DNA from: Auanema rhodensis
Lineage: Eukaryota; Animalia; Nematoda
Length of the DNA: 64,000 nt
Direction: 5' to 3'
Assembly: GCA_964057225.1 (NCBI GenBank)
Contig: OZ059897.1
Coordinates: forward strand, 18,414,001-18,478,000
The translations under genes and the position numbers were made by a program. Numbering within the stretch: position 1 is the first letter of the stretch; every line of letters begins with the position of its first letter. Below are positions 1 to 12,635 of the stretch, piece by piece. The notes below the pieces were generated by a model, which worked only from the letters and a program-made list of their open reading frames with translations, was not told the DNA's origin and searched no databases.

Positions 1-73
1 TGCACTTTACTACATTGAGAAACGCTTGATACAAAAATTAGTTATGATCGTTTGAAAAATGATGCATTAGTGT

Positions 74-101
74 ATGTTGAGTTTCCATGTACACTCAACA
101 T
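74..101. other. Inverted repeat in each monomer: 9-bp stem, 10-nt loop
   Basis: ATGTTGAGT (74-82) is the exact reverse complement of ACTCAACAT (93-101). Confidence 0.9.
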
Positions 102-105
102 TGCT

Positions 106-177
106 TCCAAAAACATTTTGACAAAAATTTTTTCGAAAAATTTCAAAATAATTTAGCAAAAAGTAGATGTTTTTAGA
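106..177. other. A/T-rich quasi-palindromic segment in each monomer, with a perfect 12-bp palindrome TTTTTCGAAAAA
   Basis: Palindrome at 129-140; AAAAACAT (109-116) / ATGTTTTT (167-174); ATTTTG (115-120) / CAAAAT (144-149). Confidence 0.8.
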
Positions 178-251
178 TTCCATTTTTCAAGGCAAAGACG
201 ATGGACAATGTTATTCAACGAAAAAATTAATTCTTCAGGGTGAAAATCGAG

Positions 252-273
252 GATATAAGTGTGAACTTATATC
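252..273. other. Inverted repeat in each monomer: perfect 9-bp stem with GTGA tetraloop
   Basis: GATATAAGT (252-260), loop GTGA, ACTTATATC (265-273). It overlaps the near-palindrome ATATCA-GT-TGATAT (269-282). Confidence 0.9.
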
Positions 274-283
274 AGTTGATATC

Positions 284-350
284 TCGGTGCATTTTTAAGC
301 TAGCGCAAATCTGATAACACAGATCGACGCAGCTTAAAAATCCGCATCGA
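284..350. other. Long imperfect inverted repeat (about 67-nt hairpin) in each monomer
   Basis: TCGGTGC/GCATCGA (one G-T pair), ATTTTTAAGCT/AGCTTAAAAAT (perfect 11 bp, 291-301/331-341), GCG/CGC, ATCTG/CAGAT, closing the loop ATAACA. Confidence 0.9.
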
Positions 351-3300
351 ATGCACTTTACTACATTGAGAAACGCTTGATACAAAAATTAGTTATGATC
401 GTTTGAAAAATGATGCATTAGTGTATGTTGAGTTTCCATGTACACTCAACATTGCTTCCAAAAACATTTTGACAAAAATTTTTTCGAAAAATTTCAAAAT
501 AATTTAGCAAAAAGTAGATGTTTTTAGATTCCATTTTTCAAGGCAAAGACGATGGACAATGTTATTCAACGAAAAAATTAATTCTTCAGGGTGAAAATCG
601 AGGATATAAGTGTGAACCTATATCAGTTGATATCTCGGTGCATTTTTAAGCTAGCGCAAATCTGATAACACAGATCGACGCAGCTTAAAAATCCGCATCG
701 AATGCACTTTACTACATTGAGAAACGCTTGATACAAAAATTAGTTATGATCGTTTGAAAAATGATGCATTAGTGTATGTTGAGTTTCCATGTACACTCAA
801 CATTGCTTCCAAAAACATTTTGACAAAAATTTTTTCGAAAAATTTCAAAATAATTTAGCAAAAAGTAGATGTTTTTAGATTCCATTTTTCAAGGCAAAGA
901 CGATGGACAATGTTATTCAACGAAAAAATTAATTCTTCAGGGTGAAAATCGAGGATATAAGTGTGAACTTATATCAGTTGATATCTCGGTGCATTTTTAA
1001 GCTAGCGCAAATCTGATAACACAGATCGACGCAGCTTAAAAATCCGCATCGAATGCACTATACTACATTAAGAATCGCTTGATACAAAAATTAGTTATGA
1101 TCGTTTGAAAAATGATGCATTAGTGTATGTTGAGTTTCCATGTACACTCAACATTGCTTCCAAAAACATTTTGACAAAAATTTTTTCGAAAAATTTCAAA
1201 AAAATTTAGCAAAAAATAGATGTTTTTAGATTCCATTTTTCAAGGCAAAGACGATGGACTATGTTATTCAACGAAAAAATTAATTCTTCAGGGTGAAAAT
1301 CGAGGATATAAGTGTGAACTTATATCAGTTGATATCTCGGTGCATTTTTAAGCTAGCGCAAATCTGATAACACAGATCGACGCAGCTTAAAAATCCGCAT
1401 CGAATGCACTATACTACATTAAGAAACGCTTGATACAAAAATTAGTTATGATCGTTTGAAAAATGATGCATTAGTGTATGTTGAGTTTCCATGTACAATC
1501 AACATTGCTTCCAAAAACATTTTGACAAAAATTTTTTCGAAAAATTTCAAAATAATTTAGCAAAAAGTAGATGTTTTTAGATTCCATTTTTCAAGGCAAA
1601 GACGATGGACAATGTTATTCAACGAAAAAATTAATTCTTCAGGGTGAAAATCGAGGATATAAGTGTGAACCTATATCAGTTGATATCTCGGTGCATTTTT
1701 AAGCTAGCGCAAATCTGATAACACAGATCGACGCAGCTTAAAAATCCGCATCGAATGCACTATACTACATTGAGAAACGCTTAATACAAAAATTAGTTAT
1801 GATCGTTTGAAAAATGATGCATTAGTGTATGTTGAGTTTCCATGTACACTCAACATTGCTTCCAAAAACATTTTGACAAAAATTTTTTCGAAAAATTTCA
1901 AAATAATTTAGCAAAAAGTAGATGTTTTTAGATTCCTTTTTTCAAGGCAAAGACGATGGACAATGTTATTCAACGAAAAAATTAATTCTTCAGGGTGAAA
2001 ATCGAGGATATAAGTGTGAACTTATATCAGTTGATATCTCGGTGCATTTTTAAGCTAGCGCAAATCTGATAACACAGATCGACGCAGCTTAAAAATCCGC
2101 ATCGAATGCACTTTACTACATTGAGAAACGCTTGATACAAAAATTAGTTATGATCGTTTGAAAAATGATGCATTAGTGTATGTTGAGTTTCCATGTACAC
2201 TCAACATTGCTTCCAAAAACATTTTGACAAAAATTTTTTCGAAAAATTTCAAAATAATTTAGCAAAAAGTAGATGTTTTTAGATTCCATTTTTCAAGGCA
2301 AAGACGATAGACAATGTTATTCAACGAAAAAATTAATTCTTCAGGGTGAAAATCGAGGATATAAGTGTGAACTTATATCAGTTGATATCTCGGTGCATTT
2401 TTAAGCTAGCGCAAATCTGATAACACAGATCGACGCAGCTTAAAAATCCGCATCGAATGCACTTTACTACATTGAGAAACGCTTGATACAAAAATTAGTT
2501 ATGATCGTTTGAAAAATGATGCATTAGTGTATGTTGAGTTTCCATGTACACTCAACATTGCTTCCAAAAACATTTTGACAAAAATTTTTTCGAAAAATTT
2601 CAAAATAATTTAGCAAAAAGTAGATGTTTTTAGATTCCATTTTTCAAGGCAAAGACGATGGACAATGTTATTCAACGAAAAAATTAATTCTTCAGGGTGA
2701 AAATCGAGGATATAAGTGTGAACTTATATCAGTTGATATCTCGGTGCATTTTTAAGCTAGCGCAAATCTGATAACACAGATCGACGCAGCTTAAAAATCC
2801 GCATCGAATGCACTTTACTACATTGAGAAACGCTTGATACAAAAATTAGTTATGATCGTTTGAAAAATGATGCATTAGTGTATGTTGAGTTTCCATGTAC
2901 ACTCAACATTGCTTCCAAAAACATTTTGACAAAAATTTTTTCGAAAAATTTCAAAATAATTTAGCAAAAAGTAGATGTTTTTAGATTCCATTTTTCAAGG
3001 CAAAGACGATGGACAATGTTATTCAACGAAAAAATTAATTCTTCAGGGTGAAAATCGAGGATATAAGTGTGAACTTATATCAGTTGATATCTCGGTGCAT
3101 TTTTAAGCTAGCGCAAATCTGATAACACAGATCGACGCAGCTTAAAAATCCGCATCGAATGCACTATACTACATTAAGAATCGCTTGATACAAAAATTAG
3201 TTATGATCGTTTGAAAAATGATGCATTAGTGTATGTTGAGTTTCCATGTACACTCAACATTGCTTCCAAAAACATTTTGACAAAAATTTTTTCGAAAAAT

Positions 3301-6300
3301 TTCAAAAAAATTTAGCAAAAAATAGATGTTTTTAGATTCCATTTTTCAAGGCAAAGACGATGGACAATGTTATTCAACGAAAAAATTAATTCTTCAGGGT
3401 GAAAATCGAGGATATAAGTGTGAACTTATATCAGTTGATATCTCGGTGCATTTTTAAGCTAGCGCAAATCTGATAACACAGATCGACGCAGCTTAAAAAT
3501 CCGCATCGAATGCACTATACTACATTAAGAAACGCTTGATACAAAAATTAGTTATGATCGTTTGAAAAATGATGCATTAGTGTATGTTGAGTTTCCATGT
3601 ACACTCAACATTGCTTCCAAAAACATTTTGACAAAAATTTTTTCGAAAAATTTCAAAATAATTTAGCAAAAAGTAGATGTTTTTAGATTTCATTTTTCAA
3701 GGCAAAGACGATGGACAATGTTATTCAACGAAAAATATAATTCTTCAGGGTGAAAATCGAGGATATAAGTGTGAACCTATATCAGTTGATATCTCGGTGC
3801 ATTTTTAAGCTAGCGCAAATCTGATAACACAGATCGACGCAGCTTAAAAATCCGCATCGAATGCACTTTACTACATTGAGAAACGCTTGATACAAAAATT
3901 AGTTATGATCGTTTGAAAAATGATGCATTAGTGTATGTTGAGTTTCCATGTACACTCAACATTGCTTCCAAAAACATTTTGACAAAAATTTTTTCGAAAA
4001 ATTTCAAAATAATTTAGCAAAAAGTAGATGTTTTTAGATTCCATTTTTCAAGGCAAAGACGATGGACAATGTTATTCAACGAAAAAATTAATTCTTCAGG
4101 GTGAAAATCGAGGATATAAGTGTGAACTTATATCAGTTGATATCTCGGTGCATTTTTAAGCTAGCGCAAATCTGATAACACAGATCGACGCAGCTTAAAA
4201 ATCCGCATCGAATGCACTTTACTACATTGAGAAACGCTTGATACAAAAATTAGTTATGATCGTTTGAAAAATGATGCATTAGTGTATGTTGAGTTTCCAT
4301 GTACACTCAACATTGCTTCCAAAAACATTTTGACAAAAATTTTTTCGAAAAATTTCAAAATAATTTAGCAAAAAGTAGATGTTTTTAGATTCCATTTTTC
4401 AAGGCAAAGACGATGGACAATGTTATTCAACGAAAAAATTAATTCTTCAGGGTGAAAATCGAGGATATAAGTGTGAACTTATATCAGTTGATATCTCGGT
4501 GCATTTTTAAGCTAGCGCAAATCTGATAACACAGATCGACGCAGCTTAAAAATCCGCATCGAATGCACTTTACTACATTGAGAAACGCTTGATACAAAAA
4601 TTAGTTATGATCGTTTGAAAAATGATGCATTAGTGTATGTTGAGTTTCCATGTACACTCAACATTGCTTCCAAAAACATTTTGACAAAAATTTTTTCGAA
4701 AAATTTCAAAATAATTTAGCAAAAAGTAGATGTTTTTAGATTCCATTTTTCAAGGCAAAGACGATGGACAATGTTATTCAACGAAAAAATTAATTCTTCA
4801 GGGTGAAAATCGAGGATATAAGTGTGAACTTATATCAGTTGATATCTCGGTGCATTTTTAAGCTAGCGCAAATCTGATAACACAGATCGACGCAGCTTAA
4901 AAATCCGCATCGAATGCACTATACTACATTAAGAATCGCTTGATACAAAAATTAGTTATGATCGTTTGAAAAATGATGCATTAGTGTATGTTGAGTTTCC
5001 ATGTACACTCAACATTGCTTCCAAAAACATTTTGACAAAAATTTTTTCGAAAAATTTCAAAAAAATTTAGCAAAAAATAGATGTTTTTAGATTCCATTTT
5101 TCAAGGCAAAGACGATGGACAATGTTATTCAACGAAAAAATTAATTCTTCAGGGTGAAAATCGAGGATATAAGTGTGAACTTATATCAGTTGATATCTCG
5201 GTGCATTTTTAAGCTAGCGCAAATCTGATAACACAGATCGACGCAGCTTAAAAATCCGCATCGAATGCACTATACTACATTAAGAAACGCTTGATACAAA
5301 AATTAGTTATGATCGTTTGAAAAATGATGCATTAGTGTATGTTGAGTTTCCATGTACACTCAACATTGCTTCCAAAAACATTTTGACAAAAATTTTTTCG
5401 AAAAATTTCAAAATAATTTAGCAAAAAGTAGATGTTTTTAGATTCCATTTTTCAAGGCAAAGACGATGGACAATGTTATTCAACGAAAAATATAATTCTT
5501 CAGGGTGAAAATCGAGGATATAGGTGTGAACCTATATCAGTTGATATCTCGGTGCATTTTTAAGCTAGCGCAAATCTGATAACACAGATCGACGCAGCTT
5601 AAAAATCCGCATCGAATGCACTTTACTACATTGAGAAACGCTTGATACAAAAATTAGTTATGATCGTTTGAAAAATGATGCATTAGTGTATGTTGAGTTT
5701 CCATGTACACTCAACATTGCTTCCAAAAACATTTTGACAAAAATTTTTTCGAAAAATTTCAAAATAATTTAGCAAAAAGTAGATGTTTTTAGATTCCATT
5801 TTTCAAGGCAAAGACGATGGACAATGTTATTCAACGAAAAAATTAATTCTTCAGGGTGAAAATCGAGGATATAAGTGTGAACTTATATCAGTTGATATCT
5901 CGGTGCATTTTTAAGCTAGCGCAAATCTGATAACACAGATCGACGCAGCTTAAAAATCCGCATCGAATGCACTATACTACATTAAGAATCGCTTGATACA
6001 AAAATTAGTTATGATCGTTTGAAAAATGATGCATTAGTGTATGTTGAGTTTCCATGTACACTCAACATTGCTTCCAAAAACATTTTGACAAAAATTTTTT
6101 CGAAAAATTTCAAAAAAATTTAGCAAAAAATAGATGTTTTTAGATTCCATTTTTCAAGGCAAAGACGATGGACAATGTTATTCAACGAAAAAATTAATTC
6201 TTCAGGGTGAAAATCGAGGATATAAGTGTGAACTTATATCAGTTGATATCTCGGTGCATTTTTAAGCTAGCGCAAATCTGATAACACAGATCGACGCAGC

Positions 6301-7019
6301 TTAAAAATCCGCATCGAATGCACTATACTACATTAAGAAACGCTTGATACAAAAATTAGTTATGATCGTTTGAAAAATGATGCATTAGTGTATGTTGAGT
6401 TTCCATGTACAATCAACATTGCTTCCAAAAACATTTTGACAAAAATTTTTTCGAAAAATTTCAAAATAATTTAGCAAAAAGTAGATGTTTTTAGATTCCA
6501 TTTTTCAAGGCAAAGACGATGGACAATGTTATTCAACGAAAAATTAATTCTTCAGGGTGAAAATCGAGGATATAAGTGTGAACCTATATCAGTTGATATC
6601 TCGGTGCATTTTTAAGCTAGCGCAAATCTGATAACACAGATCGACGCAGCTTAAAAATCCGCATCGAATGCACTATACTACATTGAGAAACGCTTAATAC
6701 AAAAATTAGTTATGATCGTTTGAAAAATGATGCATTAGTGTATGTTGAGTTTCCATGTACACTCAACATTGCTTCCAAAAACATTTTGACAAAAATTTTT
6801 TCGAAAAATTTCAAAATAATTTAGCAAAAAGTAGATGTTTTTAGATTCCTTTTTTCAAGGCAAAGACGATGGACAATGTTATTCAACGAAAAAATTAATT
6901 CTTCAGGGTGAAAATCGAGGATATAAGTGTGAACTTATATCAGTTGATATCTCGGTGCATTTTTAAGCTAGCGCAAATCTGATAACACAGATCGACGCAG
7001 CTTAAAAATCCGCATCGAA

Positions 7020-10000
7020 TGCACTATACTACATTGAGAATCGCTTGATACAAAAATTAGTTATGATCGTTTGAAAAATGATGCATTAGTGTATGTTGAG
7101 TTTCCATGTACACTCAACATTGCTTCCAAAAACATTTTGACAAAAATTTTTTCGAAAAATTTCAAAATAATTTAGCAAAAAGTAGATGTTTTTAGATTCC
7201 TTTTTTCAAGGCAAAGACGATGGACAATGTTATTCAACGAAAAAATTAATTCTTCAGGGTGAAAATCGAGGATATAAGTGTGAACTTATATCAGTTGATA
7301 TCTCGGTGCATTTTTAAGCTAGCGCAAATCTGATAACACAGATCGACGCAGCTTAAAAATCCGCATCGAATGCACTATACTACATTAAGAATCGCTTGAT
7401 ACAAAAATTAGTTATGATCGTTTGAAAAATGATGCATTAGTGTATGTTGAGTTTCCATGTACACTCAACATTGCTTCCAAAAACATTTTGACAAAAATTT
7501 TTTCGAAAAATTTCAAAATAATTTAGCAAAAAGTAGATGTTTTTAGATTCCTTTTTTCAAGGCAAAGACGATGGACAATGTTATTCAACGAAAAAATTAT
7601 TTCTTCAGGGTGAAAATCGAGGATATAAGTGTGAACTTATATCAGTTGATATCTCGGTGCATTTTTAAGCTAGCGCAAATCTGATAACACAGATCGACGC
7701 AGCTTAAAAATCCGGATCGAATGCACTATACTACATTAAGAAACGCTTGATACAAAAATTAGTTATGATCGTTTGAAAAATGATGCATTAGTGTATGTTG
7801 AGTTTCCATGTACACTCAACATTGCTTCCAAAAACATTTTGACAAAAATTTTTTCGAAAAATTTCAAAATAATTTAGCGAAAAGTAGATGTTTTTGGATT
7901 CCTTTTTTCAAGGCAAAGACGATGGACAATGTTATTCAACGAAAAAATTAATTCTTCAGGGTGAAAATCGAGGATATAAGTGTGAACTTATATCAGTTGA
8001 TATCTCGGTGCATTTTTAAGCTAGCGCAAATCTGATAACACAGATCGACGCAGCTTAAAAATCCGCATCGAATGCACTATACTACATTGAGAAACGCTTA
8101 ATACAAAAATTAGTTATGATCGTTTGAAAAATGATGCATTAGTGTATGTTGAGTTTCCATGTACACTCAACATTGCTTCCAAAAACATTTTGACAAAAAT
8201 TTTTTCGAAAAATTTCATAATAATTTAGCAAAAAGTAGATGTTTTTAGATTCCTTTTTTCAAGGCAAAGACGATGGACAATGTTATTCAACGAAAAAATT
8301 ATTTCTTCAGGGTGAAAATCGAGGATATAAGTGTGAACTTATATCAGTTGATATCTCGGTGCATTTTTAAGCTAGCGCAAATCTGATAACACAGATCGAC
8401 GCAGCTTAAAAATCCGGATCGAATGCACTATACTACATTAAGAAACGCTTGATACAAAAATTAGTTATGATCGTTTGAAAAATGATGCATTAGTGTATGT
8501 TGAGTTTCCATGTACACTCAACATTGCTTCCAAAAACATTTTGACAAAAATTTTTTCGAAAAATTTCAAAATAATTTAGCAAAAAGTAGATGTTTTTAGA
8601 TTCCATTTTTCAAGGCAAAGACGATGGACAATGTTATTCAACGAAAAAATTAATTCTTCAGGGTGAAAATCGAGGATATAAGTGTGAACTTATATCAGTT
8701 GATATCTCGGTGCATTTTTAAGCTAGCGCAAATCTGATAACACAGATCGACGCAGCTTAAAAATCCGCATCGAATGCACTATACTACATTAAGAATCGCT
8801 TGATACAAAAATTAGTTATGATCGTTTGAAAAATGATGCATTAGTGTATGTTGAGTTTCCATGTACACTCAACATTGCTTCCAAAAACATTTTGACAAAA
8901 ATTTTTTCGAAAAATTTCAAAATAATTTAGCAAAAAGTAGATGTTTTTAGATTCCTTTTTTCAAGGCAAAGACGATGGACAATGTTATTCAACGAAAAAA
9001 TTAATTCTTCAGGGTGAAAATCGAGGATATAAGTGTGAACTTATATCAGTTGATATCTCGGTGCATTTTTAAGCTAGCGCAAATCTGATAACACAGATCG
9101 ACGCAGCTTAAAAATCCGCATCGAATGCACTATACTACATTAAGAATCGCTTGATACAAAAATTAGTTATGATCGTTTGAAAAATGATGCATTAGTGTAT
9201 GTTGAGTTTCCATGTACACTCAACATTGCTTCCAAAAACATTTTGACAAAAATTTTTTCGAAAAATTTCAAAATAATTTAGCAAAAAGTAGATGTTTTTA
9301 GATTCCTTTTTTCAAGGCAAAGACGATGGACAATGTTATTCAACGAAAAAATTATTTCTTCAGGGTGAAAATCGAGGATATAAGTGTGAACTTATATCAG
9401 TTGATATCTCGGTGCATTTTTAAGCTAGCGCAAATCTGATAACACAGATCGACGCAGCTTAAAAATCCGGATCGAATGCACTATACTACATTAAGAAACG
9501 CTTGATACAAAAATTAGTTATGATCGTTTGAAAAATGATGCATTAGTGTATGTTGAGTTTCCATGTACACTCAACATTGCTTCCAAAAACATTTTGACAA
9601 AAATTTTTTCGAAAAATTTCAAAATAATTTAGCGAAAAGTAGATGTTTTTGGATTCCTTTTTTCAAGGCAAAGACGATGGACAATGTTATTCAACGAAAA
9701 AATTAATTCTTCAGGGTGAAAATCGAGGATATAAGTGTGAACTTATATCAGTTGATATCTCGGTGCATTTTTAAGCTAGCGCAAATCTGATAACACAGAT
9801 CGACGCAGCTTAAAAATCCGCATCGAATGCACTATACTACATTGAGAAACGCTTAATACAAAAATTAGTTATGATCGTTTGAAAAATGATGCATTAGTGT
9901 ATGTTGAGTTTCCATGTACACTCAACATTGCTTCCAAAAACATTTTGACAAAAATTTTTTCGAAAAATTTCATAATAATTTAGCAAAAAGTAGATGTTTT

Positions 10001-10529
10001 TAGATTCCTTTTTTCAAGGCAAAGACGATGGACAATGTTATTCAACGAAAAAATTATTTCTTCAGGGTGAAAATCGAGGATATAAGTGTGAACTTATATC
10101 AGTTGATATCTCGGTGCATTTTTAAGCTAGCGCAAATCTGATAACACAGATCGACGCAGCTTAAAAATCCGGATCGAATGCACTATACTACATTAAGAAA
10201 CGCTTGATACAAAAATTAGTTATGATCGTTTGAAAAATGATGCATTAGTGTATGTTGAGTTTCCATGTACACTCAACATTGCTTCCAAAAACATTTTGAC
10301 AAAAATTTTTTCGAAAAATTTCAAAATAATTTAGCAAAAAGTAGATGTTTTTAGATTCCATTTTTCAAGGCAAAGACGATGGACAATGTTATTCAACGAA
10401 AAAATTAATTCTTCAGGGTGAAAATCGAGGATATAAGTGTGAACTTATATCAGTTGATATCTCGGTGCATTTTTAAGCTAGCGCAAATCTGATAACACAG
10501 ATCGACGCAGCTTAAAAATCCGCATCGAA
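7020..10529. repeat. Local 5-mer higher-order repeat x2 (1755-bp unit; copies 21-25 and 26-30)
   Basis: Same ordered haplotypes twice: 182T / 182T+230T+345G / 158G+175G+182T / 146T+182T+230T+345G / plain. One difference, at m17 of the first monomer. Confidence 0.85.
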
Positions 10530-12635
10530 TGCACTATACTACATTGAGAAACACTTAATACAAAAATTAGTTATGATCGTTTGAAAAATGATGCATTAGT
10601 GTATGTTGAGTTTCCATGTACACTCAACATTGCTTCCAAAAACATTTTGACAAAAATTTTTTCGAAAAATTTCAAAATAATTTAGCAAAAAGTAGATGTT
10701 TTAAGATTCCATTTTTCAAGGCAAAGACGATGGACAATGTTATTCAACGAAAAAATTAATTCTTCAGGGTGAAAATCGAGGATATAAGTGTGAACTTATA
10801 TCAGTTGATATCTCGGTGCATTTTTAAGCTAGCGCAAATCTGATAACACAGATCGACGCAGCTTAAAAATCCGCATCGAATGCACTATACTACATTGAGA
10901 AACGCTTAATACAAAAATTAGTTATGATCGTTTGAAAAATGATGCATTAGTGTATGTTGAGTTTCCATGTACACTCAACATTGCTTCCAAAAACATTTTG
11001 ACAAAAACTTTTTCGAAAAATTTCAAAATAATTTAGCAAAAAGTAGATGTTTTTAGATTCCTTTTTTCAAGGCAAAGACGATGGACAATGTTATTCAACG
11101 AAAAAATTAATTCTTCAGGGTGAAAATCGAGGATATAAGTGTGAACCTATATCAGTTGATATCTCGGTGCATTTTTAAGCTAGCGCAAATCTGATAACAC
11201 AGATCGACGCAGCTTAAAAATCCGCATCGAATGCACTATACTACATTGAGAAACGCTTAATACAAAAATTAGTTATGATCGTTTGAAAAATGATGCATTA
11301 GTGTATGTTGAGTTTCCATGTACACTCAACATTGCTTCCAAAAACATTTTGACAAAAATTTTTTCGAAAAATTTCAAAATAATTTAGCAAAAAGTAGATG
11401 TTTTTAGATTCCATTTTTCAAGGCAAAGACGATGGACAATGTTATTCAACGAAAAAATTAATTCTTCAGGGTGAAAATCGAGGATATAAGTGTGAACTTA
11501 TATCAGTTGATATCTCGGTGCATTTTTAAGCTAGCGCAAATCTGATAACACAGATCGACGCAGCTTAAAAATCCGCATCGAATGCACTTTACTACATTGA
11601 GAAACGCTTGATACAAAAATTAGTTATGATCGTTTGAAAAATGATGCATTAGTGTATGTTGAGTTTCCATGTACACTCAACATTGCTTCCAAAAACATTT
11701 TGACAAAAATTTTTTCGAAAAATTTCAAAATAATTTAGCAAAAAGTAGATGTTTTTAGATTCCATTTTTCAAGGCAAAGACGATGGACAATGTTATTCAA
11801 CGAAAAAATTAATTCTTCAGGGTGAAAATCGAGGATATAAGTGTGAACTTATATCAGTTGATATCTCGGTGCATTTTTAAGCTAGCGCAAATCTGATAAC
11901 ACAGATCGACGCAGCTTAAAAATCCGCATCGAATGCACTATACTACATTAAGAATCGCTTGATACAAAAATTAGTTATGATCGTTTGAAAAATGATGCAT
12001 TAGTGTATGTTGAGTTTCCATGTACACTCAACATTGCTTCCAAAAACATTTTGACAAAAATTTTTTCGAAAAATTTCAAAAAAATTTAGCAAAAAATAGA
12101 TGTTTTTAGATTCCATTTTTCAAGGCAAAGACGATGGACAATGTTATTCAACGAAAAAATTAATTCTTCAGGGTGAAAATCGAGGATATAAGTGTGAACT
12201 TATATCAGTTGATATCTCGGTGCATTTTTAAGCTAGCGCAAATCTGATAACACAGATCGACGCAGCTTAAAAATCCGCATCGAATGCACTATACTACATT
12301 AAGAAACGCTTGATACAAAAATTAGTTATGATCGTTTGAAAAATGATGCATTAGTGTATGTTGAGTTTCCATGTACACTCAACATTGCTTCCAAAAACAT
12401 TTTGACAAAAATTTTTTCGAAAAATTTCAAAATAATTTAGCAAAAAGTAGATGTTTTTAGATTCCATTTTTCAAGGCAAAGACGATGGACAATGTTATTC
12501 AACGAAAAAATTAATTCTTCAGGGTGAAAATCGAGGATATAAGTGTGAACCTATATCAGTTGATATCTCGGTGCATTTTTAAGCTAGCGCAAATCTGATA
12601 ACACAGATCGACGCAGCTTAAAAATCCGCATCGAA

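Larger units (their letters stand above)
1..351. repeat. Representative 351-bp monomer (copy 1)
   Basis: 111/351 G+C by hand count, with many A4-6/T4-6 tracts. One site each for NsiI (62-67), BsrGI (88-93), BstBI (132-137), EcoRV (278-283) and NheI (299-304). The phase is arbitrary, set by the window start. Confidence 0.98.

Noticed and set aside
131-147. CENP-B box
   Set aside because: TTCG....A matches but the CGGG half is absent (TCAA). The other TTCG sites on the minus strand also fail.
109-187. Helically phased A-tracts giving strong curvature
   Set aside because: Tract starts (109, 123, 136, 145, 158, 170, 183) are 9-14 bp apart with mixed polarity, not a clean 10.5-bp phase. It cannot be claimed without modelling.
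180-238. Hammerhead ribozyme/retrozyme: the minus strand has CUGAAGA (plus 232-238), matching CUGANGA, and the monomer size is in the retrozyme range
   Set aside because: I could not build a stem II followed by GAAA, or stems I/III with a UH site. An Infernal or RNAmotif search on a doubled monomer would settle it.
252-350. Rho-independent terminators or bacterial promoters
   Set aside because: The stems are AT-rich, lack a properly placed U-tract, and there is no prokaryotic gene context.
1-351. 5S rRNA, tRNA or snRNA tandem gene unit
   Set aside because: No cloverleaf, Pol III A/B/C boxes or recognisable conserved RNA sequence, and the unit is too AT-rich.
1-351. MITE- or Helitron-derived unit
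   Set aside because: It is plausible given the hairpins, but no terminal inverted repeats, target-site duplications, element ends or coding remnants can be seen in a window without array boundaries. It needs a Dfam/Repbase search.
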